NCBI GenBank assembly: GCA_037917675.1
Contig: JAVCBW010000015.1
Span: forward strand, 1 to 29,193
Source of the DNA: Thermoproteota archaeon
Lineage (GTDB): Archaea > Korarchaeota > Korarchaeia > B14-G2
Direction of reading: 5' to 3'
DNA length: 29,193 nucleotides
The notes below the pieces were generated by a model, which saw nothing but the letters and a program-made list of their open reading frames with translations, did no database searches and was not told the DNA's origin. The position numbers and the translations under genes were made by a program. This document shows positions 1 through 8,258 of the stretch, one piece after another. The first letter of the stretch is position 1, and every line of letters starts with the position of its first letter.

Positions 1-194
1 GTGTACACGTTCCTTGGGAGCAGCCTTATCACCGCTCTGGCTGTCGAGCTCTTTCCGCAGCCGCTTTCCCCTACTAGCGCGAGGGTCTCTCCCTTATCTA
101 GTGTGAAGCTGACTCCATCCACAGCCCTTACTATACCCTTTCTAGTTATGTAGTAGAGCTTTAAGCTATGGACTGAGAGCAGAGAGCCTGGCAC
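1..194 (-). CDS. dppD: Oligopeptide/dipeptide ABC transporter ATP-binding subunit (5' part, truncated by window edge)
   Basis: Not in ORF track. Manual translation from GTG at 194: [60 protein letters not shown]. It has the AVDGVSF motif and Walker A GESGCGKS typical of OppD/DppD. SD GAGGTGA at 205-199; directly follows dppC. Confidence 0.93.
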   Translation of the reverse strand, partial: MPGSLLSVHSLKLYYITRKGIVRAVDGVSFTLDKGETLALVGESGCGKSSTARAVIRLLPRNVY

Positions 195-204
195 TATGTC
201 ACCT

Positions 205-1593
205 CTAGAGCTCTCTTAGCTTTGGGTTGACGACCTTGTCTAGTGCTAGGCCTATTAGCGCGAATGCTACTGAGGTCAGTACCAGCATTAGAGCTGGCTC
301 TATGACCCAGTAGTAGTACCCCTTGTATAAGGCTCCATTCTCGAGTGCGTCGTGTAGGAGCTTTCCCCATGTTGGGAGTGTTGGGTCTCCTATGCCGAAG
401 AATGCTAGTATGGCTTCAAGGAACACGTAGTCTGGTACGCTCAGTATTATGCTAGGGACTACTGGCGGTATTATCTTAGGTAGGATGTAGAGGAATATTA
501 TCCTGAGGTTGCTTGCTCCATATGCTCTAGCTGCCTCGATGTATGAGTAGGTCTTTATCTCCATGACTAGTGCACGGTTTGTCTTGACTGCTGACCCAAA
601 GATGCCGAGTGCTACTATAATGAGGAGCAGTGACCATATGCCGACCCTATAGAACAGGGATATCATCAGGAGTATTGGTAGGAATGGGAGGATCATGTAG
701 ACTTCTGTTATCCTCTGGATCACGAAGTCTACTCTCCCACCAAACCAGCCGCTTATGGTTGCGATAGCTAGCTGGGTGAATGCGAGTAAAGTTGATGCAG
801 TGATTCCAAATGCTAGGGCTACAGGTGTACCCCAGATTAGTGCTATAGCGAGAGGCCTCCTCAGGTGGTCTGTTCCAGTCAAGCCATGCACTTTCCCATG
901 TATCACTAGCTCCATGTCTAGGCCGCTTACATCCCTGGTCTGAGGAACGACTGTGAAGGTGTACTTGCCTTTCATAGGCTCAAGCTTGCCTGTATAGGCT
1001 AGGAATAGCCCTCTTATGACTGTTATGGCGAACTCAGGCTTCCTTCCCAGCTTCTCAATGATATGCCTGTTGAGCTCGTCCTCTAGCATTATGTTATTGG
1101 TCACATATATGCTTGTTGTTGTATTGGCTTTAGCATAGTACTTCCCTAGGTATATCTCGTCTCCATCTGGCTTAGTCCAGTATAGCTCCAGATATGCTCT
1201 TGAGGTCTTGTTAGATGTGACAAAGAAGATCATCTCTGTTGGGAAGTCATCATAGTTGTAGTTGAAGACATAAGTGATTGCTGTCCTCTCTCTCCCTCTC
1301 TCCTTGATGGTGTACTCTTCTCCACTAGACAGTATTATTGTGCTTGGAAGCTTCTTCCTAGAGAATAGGTTGAACCAGATTGGTGCAGCATTCTTTGGGT
1401 TTTTAAGCCATGGCTCTGAGCCTCTCCATAATTCCCTAGCTTCTGAGTAGGGTATAGCTATGACAGCATAGATGGATATGGAGAGGAGGAGTGAGAGTAT
1501 GATGAAGCCTACTATAGCGCTCTTGTACCTTGCTAGCTCCTTGAACACACCCTTCAGTGTATACTCTCCGCCAGGATAGCTCACTTTAACCAC
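205..1593 (-). CDS. dppC: Peptide/nickel ABC transporter permease (DppC/OppC type) with large extracytoplasmic insertion
   Basis: GTDHLRR motif, EAA loop [22 protein letters not shown] and PTWG motifs, multiple TM segments; overlaps the dppB stop. Confidence 0.93.
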   Translation of the reverse strand: MVKVSYPGGEYTLKGVFKELARYKSAIVGFIILSLLLSISIYAVIAIPYSEARELWRGSEPWLKNPKNAAPIWFNLFSRKKLPSTIILSSGEEYTIKERGRERTAITYVFNYNYDDFPTEMIFFVTSNKTSRAYLELYWTKPDGDEIYLGKYYAKANTTTSIYVTNNIMLEDELNRHIIEKLGRKPEFAITVIRGLFLAYTGKLEPMKGKYTFTVVPQTRDVSGLDMELVIHGKVHGLTGTDHLRRPLAIALIWGTPVALAFGITASTLLAFTQLAIATISGWFGGRVDFVIQRITEVYMILPFLPILLMISLFYRVGIWSLLLIIVALGIFGSAVKTNRALVMEIKTYSYIEAARAYGASNLRIIFLYILPKIIPPVVPSIILSVPDYVFLEAILAFFGIGDPTLPTWGKLLHDALENGALYKGYYYWVIEPALMLVLTSVAFALIGLALDKVVNPKLREL

Positions 1594-2641
1594 CTACCTT
1601 TATCCTGGGGTCTATCAGCCCATACACCAAGTCGAGTATGAACACGGTTATCATGAGAAGATATGCGTACATGACTGTGACTCCGACTATGACAGGAGAG
1701 TCGAAGAGACTTATGGCTGCAGCTATAGTGTAGCCGAGGCCAGGCCACCCATAGACTGTCTCGGTTACTATAGCTCCAGTCCAAGAGGCTATTACTGAGA
1801 GAGCAAATGATGTTATTATTGGAGGTAATGCTGGCCTAAGGATGTACTTGTACTCTATTTGTCTTGGTGGCAGCCCCTTTGCTTTAGCTACCTCAACATA
1901 GTCTTCTGTTGAGAATATGAGGAAGAAGTTTCTCATGCTGTATATTCCTATAGGCGTGTAGGAGATGATCCAAGCTGATAGAGGTAGGATCATGTGCTTC
2001 AAGACGCTCAGGAAGTACCCTAGCTTGTCTGGTGGAGGAGGGTAGTCTACGAGGCCACCTGGAGGAAGCACATGCAGCCACGTGTAGAACACTAGGATGA
2101 GGAGTATGAGGTAAAACCAGCCTGGTATGGATGAGAGAGGAGCTATTGACAGGAAGAACCTGTCTAGCCTTGAGCCATATCTCCTTGATAAGTAGAGGCC
2201 TCCTATCATGTTTATGAAGAATATGACTACAGTAGCTGTTGTGAAGAGCAGTATGGTCTGTGGGAGCCTCTCTAGGATTATCAGCTTCACTCGGCGTGAC
2301 CCGCTATCGCTTGTCATGTAATATGCTCTGCCGAGGTCTAGTGTCAGGGCGTCACGTAGATAGTAGAAGCTTCTGATGAAGAATGGCTTATCTAAGCCTA
2401 GCCTCTTGAAAGCGCTTCTTGTCTCTGCTTCAATTATTCTCTCGAGCTGTGATGCAGGCAGCCCGCTGTAAGCTGGATTGTTAGCTACCTCCATAGCGAT
2501 TTTCATTCGTATCTCTGACTTCATTATTTCATCAACGTATCCTCCTGCATTAGCTATCAGTATAGTCACATAGGTTGCTATGACTAGGGTGATGAAGAGA
2601 GACAGTGCTCTCTTTAGGAGGAACTTCGCTGACCTCAGCAT
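1586..2641 (-). CDS. dppB: Peptide/nickel ABC transporter permease (DppB/OppB type)
   Basis: LGLDKP, DLGR, ERLPQT, EAA loop DYVEVAKAKGL, ETVYGWPGLG, C-terminal DPRI. Confidence 0.94.
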   Translation of the reverse strand: MLRSAKFLLKRALSLFITLVIATYVTILIANAGGYVDEIMKSEIRMKIAMEVANNPAYSGLPASQLERIIEAETRSAFKRLGLDKPFFIRSFYYLRDALTLDLGRAYYMTSDSGSRRVKLIILERLPQTILLFTTATVVIFFINMIGGLYLSRRYGSRLDRFFLSIAPLSSIPGWFYLILLILVFYTWLHVLPPGGLVDYPPPPDKLGYFLSVLKHMILPLSAWIISYTPIGIYSMRNFFLIFSTEDYVEVAKAKGLPPRQIEYKYILRPALPPIITSFALSVIASWTGAIVTETVYGWPGLGYTIAAAISLFDSPVIVGVTVMYAYLLMITVFILDLVYGLIDPRIKVGG

Positions 2642-2672
2642 TATAACAGCACCAAAAGGGTATTTACATGCT

Positions 2673-2680
2673 CTTATAAA
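2673..2680 (-). promoter_or_regulatory. Putative TATA box of the dpp operon
   Basis: TTTATAAG on minus strand about 32 nt upstream of the dppB ATG. Confidence 0.55.
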
Positions 2681-2825
2681 GCTTTACTGATCTAAGATCG
2701 TAGCTTGGAAGCTATGTGGAACCCTGTTTCCAGAACACCACAGCTAGGCTACGCTTCTATAAGACTATAGGCCTCAGCTGCTAGATGGGTTTAACTTAGA
2801 GCTGGGAGATGATCAAGGCTGGAGG

Positions 2826-2833
2826 TTTATAAG
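2826..2833 (+). promoter_or_regulatory. Putative TATA box of the glycosyltransferase-GH130 unit
   Basis: TTTATAAG about 22 nt before ATG 2855, followed by GGAGG. Confidence 0.55.
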
Positions 2834-2854
2834 CCTTGGAGGAGCTGGTACTGT

Positions 2855-3922
2855 ATGAAAATCGGGATGATGACTCTCTGGAATGCTGCTAACGGTCCCT
2901 CTGTTCATGCTGAGCTTGTTGGACGCGAGTGGGTTAAGATGGGGCATAGGCTCGTGGTCTTTTCAGCTATCAGGCATCCTGATGCTAGGCCTACTATGCA
3001 GGAGGATGAGAGTTATGTCATCAGACATTTTGCTGTAGATGATGTTGTCCCTGTGACGAGGGCAAGCTTCTTCGACCCTAATCCTCTCTTGGAGGAGGAT
3101 TATGAGGTTTTTGTCGCCCAGAACGTTGAGAGGCTTCCTACCAGGGAGCTGCTTGATGTTTTCCCTGAGATAAGGAGGAAGGCTGTGACTGTGATGGTTG
3201 TGCATGAAGGGGGGCCTCCTATCGACCCGCTCTACTATAGGTTTGAGTGGGATAGCATAGTGTGCTTTGATGAAAGGTATGTTGAGTTTATTTCGAGATT
3301 CTTTCCAAAAGATACTATACGCATAATACCTTATCCATGTCATCCTCTTAAGCTTGGGGATAAGGTTAAGGCTAGAATGAAGCTTAATATCCCCTTAGAT
3401 AGGAGGATAGTCTTCTCATATGGGTTTAGGGTTGGTGAGTATACTGCTGTCCTACCTGCTTTAGAGGAGCTTGCTAGGGAGCTGCCTTTGATGTACCTTG
3501 TTGTTTTGAATCCTGGTGGGAATGTAGAGGAGGCTAAGAAGGCCTTCTCAGGGTATGACTTCGTAGAGCTTAGGGTTTCTGCGCTCCCTCTCAGCTTGCT
3601 CTATGAGTATCTCCATGCAGCTGACGCCCTGCTCATCCACAGAGAGTCTAGTAGGAGGTATAGGGCTGTGCTCTCAAGCTCTGTCTGCTTGACAATAGGT
3701 TCAGGATGCCCCATCCTATATCATGAGTCGAACTTCGTTGAGAAGCATGGTGACGAGATAATCAAGTACCGTGACCTTGAGGACTTGAAGACGAAGCTTA
3801 GGCGGGTGTTTGAGGGAAAGTTCAGCTTAGATAGAGTGAGGAGGTTCCTTGAGGAGAGGAGTGCAGAGGCTGTTGCATCCAGGTTTATTAAGCTGTTTAG
3901 GGAGCTGCTTGAGGGGAGGTAG
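2855..3922 (+). CDS. GT-B fold glycosyltransferase (GT4-like)
   Basis: N-terminal MKIGMMT..G.SVHAELV..W.K.GH.L.V; mid-protein IIPYP, ARMKLNIP..RIVFSYGF; C-terminal AADAL..GCPIL..D.EDL...S.E.VA pattern of GT4-like proteins. Confidence 0.75.
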   Translation: MKIGMMTLWNAANGPSVHAELVGREWVKMGHRLVVFSAIRHPDARPTMQEDESYVIRHFAVDDVVPVTRASFFDPNPLLEEDYEVFVAQNVERLPTRELLDVFPEIRRKAVTVMVVHEGGPPIDPLYYRFEWDSIVCFDERYVEFISRFFPKDTIRIIPYPCHPLKLGDKVKARMKLNIPLDRRIVFSYGFRVGEYTAVLPALEELARELPLMYLVVLNPGGNVEEAKKAFSGYDFVELRVSALPLSLLYEYLHAADALLIHRESSRRYRAVLSSSVCLTIGSGCPILYHESNFVEKHGDEIIKYRDLEDLKTKLRRVFEGKFSLDRVRRFLEERSAEAVASRFIKLFRELLEGR

Positions 3923-3923
3923 C

Positions 3924-5084
3924 TTGAGTAGGTTTGGAGCTGGGAGGGTTATTGAAGCTGATGGAGAAATGCTCTTTCAGCTTGACTCTTACAGCGGGAA
4001 CCCTATTGTGAAGCCGAGAGAGCTCGGGGTTGTTTGGAGTGAGGAGGGTGAAGTCAAGGTTGGAGCTGTGTTCAATGGTGGCGCTGAGCTACATGAGGGC
4101 AAGGTTGTGCTCCTGCCTAGATGCCACAGGCATTACAGGAAGAGCACCTACTTCGATAGAGAGCTGGGAGTTGAGAGAGTCTACATGGAGGACTACATAT
4201 CTGAGGTCTGGATCCTTGAGAGCAGTGATTTCGTGAGCTTCAGCAGGGTAGATGAGGTCGCCATAAGGGGAGATGGGAGTGAGCATAGAGACTTCACTTA
4301 TGGAATTGAGGACATCAGGGTTGTCAAGTCTTATATCGGAGAATACCTTCTTGTCGGCTGTGGTAAAGTTAAGCCTCCATTTAAGGGGAAGGGGGGAGAT
4401 AGGATAGCAGTATACACTACTAGAGACTTCAGGGAAATAGAGTATAGGGGATGCATCTCATGGTTTGACTCAAGGAATGCTGTACCCTTCCCAGAGCCTA
4501 TAGATGGCAAGCTATACATGCTCTTCCGCTTCCATCCTAACATGCATATTGATGTGCTTGAGGCTGGAGTGGATCAGCTGCTCAACCCAAGAAGCTACAG
4601 TGAGCTATGGAAGGAGGTGTATAGGAGGAGGGAGAAGACTTGCTTAATCCAAGCTGGAGCTTTCCCTCATGAAAAGGAGAAGGTTGGAGCTGGCGCTCAG
4701 CTGATCAAGACGAAAGAGGGGTGGCTTATGATATACCATGCAGTTGGAGAGATAGGTGGAGACCTATATAGGGCTTATGGGCTAGACATCAGCTTGCTGA
4801 GAGGGTATTCGGTCTGTGCTGCGCTCCTAGAGTTAAATAACCCTAGGAGGATACTTGCGAGGACAACAAGACCTATTTACATACCTAGCCACCCATGGGA
4901 GCTGCAGGGGAGCCAGGAGTATCCAGTAGATGTACCTAACGTCATCTTCCCAGTAGGAGCTGTAGTGCAAGGTGACATGCTGCTGCTATACTGTGGAGCA
5001 GGAGACAAGTATGAGGTGCTTCTCACATGTAAGCTGAGCATGCTGCTAGACTACCTGCTTAAGTACTGTCAGAGCAAAGCTTAA
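3924..5084 (+). CDS. Glycoside hydrolase family 130 protein (beta-mannoside phosphorylase-like, 5-bladed propeller)
   Basis: NPIVKP, AVFNGGA, GIEDIRV, FPEPIDG, KVGAG, IYH, NVIFPVG, YCGAGD motifs. Start placed at TTG 3924 (SD GGAGG, just after the GT stop) rather than 3849. Confidence 0.88.
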   Translation: MSRFGAGRVIEADGEMLFQLDSYSGNPIVKPRELGVVWSEEGEVKVGAVFNGGAELHEGKVVLLPRCHRHYRKSTYFDRELGVERVYMEDYISEVWILESSDFVSFSRVDEVAIRGDGSEHRDFTYGIEDIRVVKSYIGEYLLVGCGKVKPPFKGKGGDRIAVYTTRDFREIEYRGCISWFDSRNAVPFPEPIDGKLYMLFRFHPNMHIDVLEAGVDQLLNPRSYSELWKEVYRRREKTCLIQAGAFPHEKEKVGAGAQLIKTKEGWLMIYHAVGEIGGDLYRAYGLDISLLRGYSVCAALLELNNPRRILARTTRPIYIPSHPWELQGSQEYPVDVPNVIFPVGAVVQGDMLLLYCGAGDKYEVLLTCKLSMLLDYLLKYCQSKA

Positions 5085-5368
5085 GTAAGGAACTGAGGGA
5101 GAGCATGTTTGAGGCTAAAGCTGTACTCTTAGGAACTTGACAAGCTGATGCAGCTCTTCTCTTACTCTCCTCTACCTTAGCTTTCTTATCGTATAGCTTA
5201 CATGCCCGCTAGGTCTGCTGTCTGCTCTATAACCTCCTTTGCAGCTTTAGCTGCCTACTGACGTGTCTCCCTAGCTTCTCTCAGCTCTCCCAGCAGGATA
5301 GCTGCATCAGGAGAGATGCCAGCAACGTGTACTCGCCTCAGCTTACATCTGCTGAAGAAGCAGTGGAG

Positions 5369-6538
5369 TTACCTTGACAGGATCAGTACTGAAGTCGCCT
5401 CTGTAGGGATTCCTCTCCATGCTTGTACTAGCGCTGTTTCAGCATCCTCTATTTGCCTCCTCGCAGCCTGCCCTGTCAGCTGGAGATATGCTTCTAGGAC
5501 TTTCTGTAGGCCTGATGCCTCAAGTAGGTGGCCGACTCCAAGCTGACCTCCCTCTGGGTTAACTGGCAGCTCTCCGCTTGGGCTTAAGTCTCCTTGCTCC
5601 AGCATCTCAGCTGCCTCACCGAGGCTAGCTAGCTTCATGGCTTCTATGTGCTGTAGCTCCTTGTAGGCGTACTGGTCGTCTACCAGCACTAAGCTTAGCT
5701 GCCTGCGTGGTGCTTCTATCTCAGCCATCTTATATGCCATGTCAGCTGCTTTTCTGACTGCAAGAGGCAGCGTTAGGTCTCGCTCCTCTATCACAGGGGT
5801 ACCAGAGCACCATCCCATCCCACTGATCCACACAGGGGTGTCTGTTAGCTTCCGGGCCCTTTCTTCTGCTGCCAGCACAGCTACTATAGCTCCATCTGCT
5901 GGCTGAGCTATCATCAGCTTCTTGAGCGGGTAAGCTACATCCTCTGACTCCAGTACCTGCTCTACTGTCAGGTCAGCTGGGTATGCTGCATAGCTTGTCT
6001 TCAGAGCATTCCTCCTATTCTTAACCACAACCTGAGCTATCTGCTCTAAAGTGACATCAGCATCCTGCATGTAGTGGTTCATCTCTAGCCCAGCTATGAA
6101 CACAGGGTTTAAGACTCTGCCATCCTCTCTCTTGAGGAGAGGCCTATTGAACACTGGATCCAGCGCGAACGCTACTATATGGTCTTTTGAGAGAATGTTT
6201 GATGCCTTACTGTGTGCCTCAGCTACAGCTATGTCAGCTACTCCAGCCATTATCTGCATTGCAGCATTTATCACAGCGTTCACGCCATCCTGGGCCACAG
6301 TGCAGACTGGCTTAAGGACGCCACCGAGCTGATCAGGTACGAACTCATCGAAGATCGAGTAGCCTTCCCAGTAGTCTTCTGATGCTGATACAAAGGAGTC
6401 TATGTCAGAGCGGGGGTTTAATCCAATTTGACTATAGGCCTTCACAGCAGCCTCAAACATCTCCTCTTGGAATGAGAGGGTGCTGTCAGATGACGTAAAG
6501 CCAACGTAGCCTATGCTCACTATAGCTACCTTCCTCAA
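5369..6538 (-). CDS. Thiolase-fold protein (archaeal acetyl-CoA acetyltransferase-like paralogue lacking the canonical catalytic motifs)
   Basis: Thiolase fold signatures (VVKNRRNA, DGA.A.VL, ELPVNPEGG.LG.GH). GHLLEASG replaces GHP.GATG, and there is no ACASG-type nucleophile motif. TTG start with GGTGAG SD. Confidence 0.85.
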   Translation of the reverse strand: MRKVAIVSIGYVGFTSSDSTLSFQEEMFEAAVKAYSQIGLNPRSDIDSFVSASEDYWEGYSIFDEFVPDQLGGVLKPVCTVAQDGVNAVINAAMQIMAGVADIAVAEAHSKASNILSKDHIVAFALDPVFNRPLLKREDGRVLNPVFIAGLEMNHYMQDADVTLEQIAQVVVKNRRNALKTSYAAYPADLTVEQVLESEDVAYPLKKLMIAQPADGAIVAVLAAEERARKLTDTPVWISGMGWCSGTPVIEERDLTLPLAVRKAADMAYKMAEIEAPRRQLSLVLVDDQYAYKELQHIEAMKLASLGEAAEMLEQGDLSPSGELPVNPEGGQLGVGHLLEASGLQKVLEAYLQLTGQAARRQIEDAETALVQAWRGIPTEATSVLILSR

Positions 6539-6569
6539 CAGCTCACCACTAGCCCCTGCATTAGCAGCA

Positions 6570-6577
6570 TTAATTAA
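6570..6577. promoter_or_regulatory. Palindromic AT box (TTAATTAA), probable shared TATA for divergent genes
   Basis: Only AT-rich tract in the 66-nt spacer; about 32 nt from the thiolase start and 28 nt from the methyltransferase start. Confidence 0.5.
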
Positions 6578-6604
6578 GTTTCTGAGATAGCATCTGGGGT
6601 CTGC

Positions 6605-7537
6605 TTGGCCAGTGTGAGAGGAGTCTTCAAGAGAGAGATGGTTGAGAAGTACTCTAGATTCGTGGATGCTGATCTACTGCTTGAATGGCTTAGCAGACCT
6701 CTCCCCCAGTATTTTAGGGTGAATACGCTTAAGGCTAGGTGCCCTAGTGAAGTAGTTGCTAAGCTATCTGAGCGTGAAGTCAGGGTTGAGAAGCTGCCAT
6801 GGTTTGAGTTTGGGTATAGGGTTATAGAGGGATCTGTGACAAAGAGCATAGAGCATAGCTTAGGCTACATCTATGTGCAGGATGGAGGCTCCATGATGCC
6901 TCCACTCGCCCTTGAAGTCGAGGAGAACTCAACTGTAATAGACTTGTGTGCTGCACCAGGCTCTAAGGCAACTCAGATAGCCCAGCTAATGGGAAACACT
7001 GGAGCTATCGTGGCGAACGATGTGAGCTATGAGAGGATAAAGCTTCTTGTATACAATGTTCAGAGGATGGGAGCCTATAACACGGTGGTGACGATGATGG
7101 ATGGCAGAGCTATACCAAAAAAGACTACTACACGGTTTGATTTCGTGCTGGTTGATGCGCCATGCTCCTCGATAGGGGAAGTAAGGAGGACTTGGAGACC
7201 AGCTCTGAGATGGAGCCAGAGAGCTGTGGAAGGCTTCTCCAGGCTCCAAAAGCAGCTGCTTGCTGCAGGCTTTGAGCTGCTGAAGCCAGGTGGGGTCTTA
7301 GTCTACTCAACATGCACCTTTGATCCAGAGGAGAATGAGGAGGTAGTAGACTACCTGCTAAGGTCTAGAGATGACGCTGATATTGAAGCCATATCCATTA
7401 GGGGAGCGAGGTGGTCTCCAGGGCTTGTGAAGTGGCCTGGTGGAGAGTACCTGAGTGAGCTCAGGAAGACAGCTAGAGTCTACCCCTTTCATAATGATAC
7501 TGGGGGATACTATATAGCTAGGGTTAGGAGGAGGTAG
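6605..7537 (+). CDS. RsmB/RsmF/NOP2/NSUN-family RNA cytosine-C5 methyltransferase
   Basis: RVNTLK, YVQD.GSM.P, DLCAAPGSK (motif I), DAPCS (motif IV), YSTCTF.PEENE (motif VI). Confidence 0.95.
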   Translation: MASVRGVFKREMVEKYSRFVDADLLLEWLSRPLPQYFRVNTLKARCPSEVVAKLSEREVRVEKLPWFEFGYRVIEGSVTKSIEHSLGYIYVQDGGSMMPPLALEVEENSTVIDLCAAPGSKATQIAQLMGNTGAIVANDVSYERIKLLVYNVQRMGAYNTVVTMMDGRAIPKKTTTRFDFVLVDAPCSSIGEVRRTWRPALRWSQRAVEGFSRLQKQLLAAGFELLKPGGVLVYSTCTFDPEENEEVVDYLLRSRDDADIEAISIRGARWSPGLVKWPGGEYLSELRKTARVYPFHNDTGGYYIARVRRR

Positions 7538-7538
7538 C

Positions 7539-7970
7539 TTGAGAAAGCTATCAGAGGATGAGGAAACGAAGCTTGAAGAGGAGCTTAGGAGGCTCTATGG
7601 GCTCAAGCTGCCTCGAGATGTAGCTCTAGTGGCATCCTCTAAGAGCAGGATTAGAGCCTGTAGCAGGAAGCTACTAGAGCTAGACCTAGGTAATCTTAAC
7701 CCACAGGTCTATGGAGTCTACTTCTGTAGCATAGAGAAGCAGGGGGTTAGGCTGAGCATGGATGCAGCACAGCTCTTCAGCTGCAGCAGAAAGCTTAGGG
7801 TAAGCTGGAGGCAAGCTGAGGCCTGGGTTCGTGGAGAGGACATAGAGGTCAGTGGAGGAGGGCATGGCTTCATTGTACTAGAGACTGATAGCTACATACT
7901 TGGGGTCGGGCTTCTTTCAGGTAGGAGAGTGAGGAACTACATGCCGAAGAGCAGGAGGCTCTTGGAGTAG
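7539..7970 (+). CDS. Stand-alone PUA/pre-PUA-like RNA-binding protein resembling the RsmF C-terminal domain (NIP7-like)
   Basis: RLSMDAAQL...QAEAWVRGEDI...G.IVL...ILGVG....VRNYMPK.RR matches the RsmF C-terminal PUA-like pattern; translationally coupled to the methyltransferase. Confidence 0.7.
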   Translation: MRKLSEDEETKLEEELRRLYGLKLPRDVALVASSKSRIRACSRKLLELDLGNLNPQVYGVYFCSIEKQGVRLSMDAAQLFSCSRKLRVSWRQAEAWVRGEDIEVSGGGHGFIVLETDSYILGVGLLSGRRVRNYMPKSRRLLE

Positions 7971-8225
7971 CTACCTGAGCAACACAACCTCTGCCTCATC
8001 TATCCCCTCTACACTCTTAGCTTTGGCCTGCACCTGAGCTACCAGGTAGTTTGCTAGTGGGCAGAAGAAGGCTGGTACTGTGAGCTCCATGAAAATCTTG
8101 GCTTTCCTACCCTCAACCTTGATATCCTTTATCATGCCCATATCGACTACGTTCATGCCGACCTCAGGGTCTATGACAGACTTCAGAGCTTCTCTCACCT
8201 TCTCAACAGCACTTACTCTGCTCAA
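7971..8225 (-). CDS. DUF59/SufT (MIP18-family) metal-sulfur cluster assembly factor
   Basis: AL..V.DPE.GMNVVDMG...LT....CP hallmark of DUF59. Confidence 0.92.
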   Translation of the reverse strand: MSRVSAVEKVREALKSVIDPEVGMNVVDMGMIKDIKVEGRKAKIFMELTVPAFFCPLANYLVAQVQAKAKSVEGIDEAEVVLLR

Positions 8226-8258
8226 TTAGACACCATGCCCTCTAGAGCCCTCTGTGAT

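Noticed and set aside
5105-5212. Short plus-strand ORF with SD and in-frame TGA (possible selenoprotein)
   Set aside because: No redox motif context or recognisable SECIS; it is the antisense of purine-rich sequence
5190-5345. Archaeal histone gene in the spacer (ISPDAAILL...AKEVIE...AG)
   Set aside because: Only superficial similarity, internal stop codon, no start, and no RKT..EDI motif
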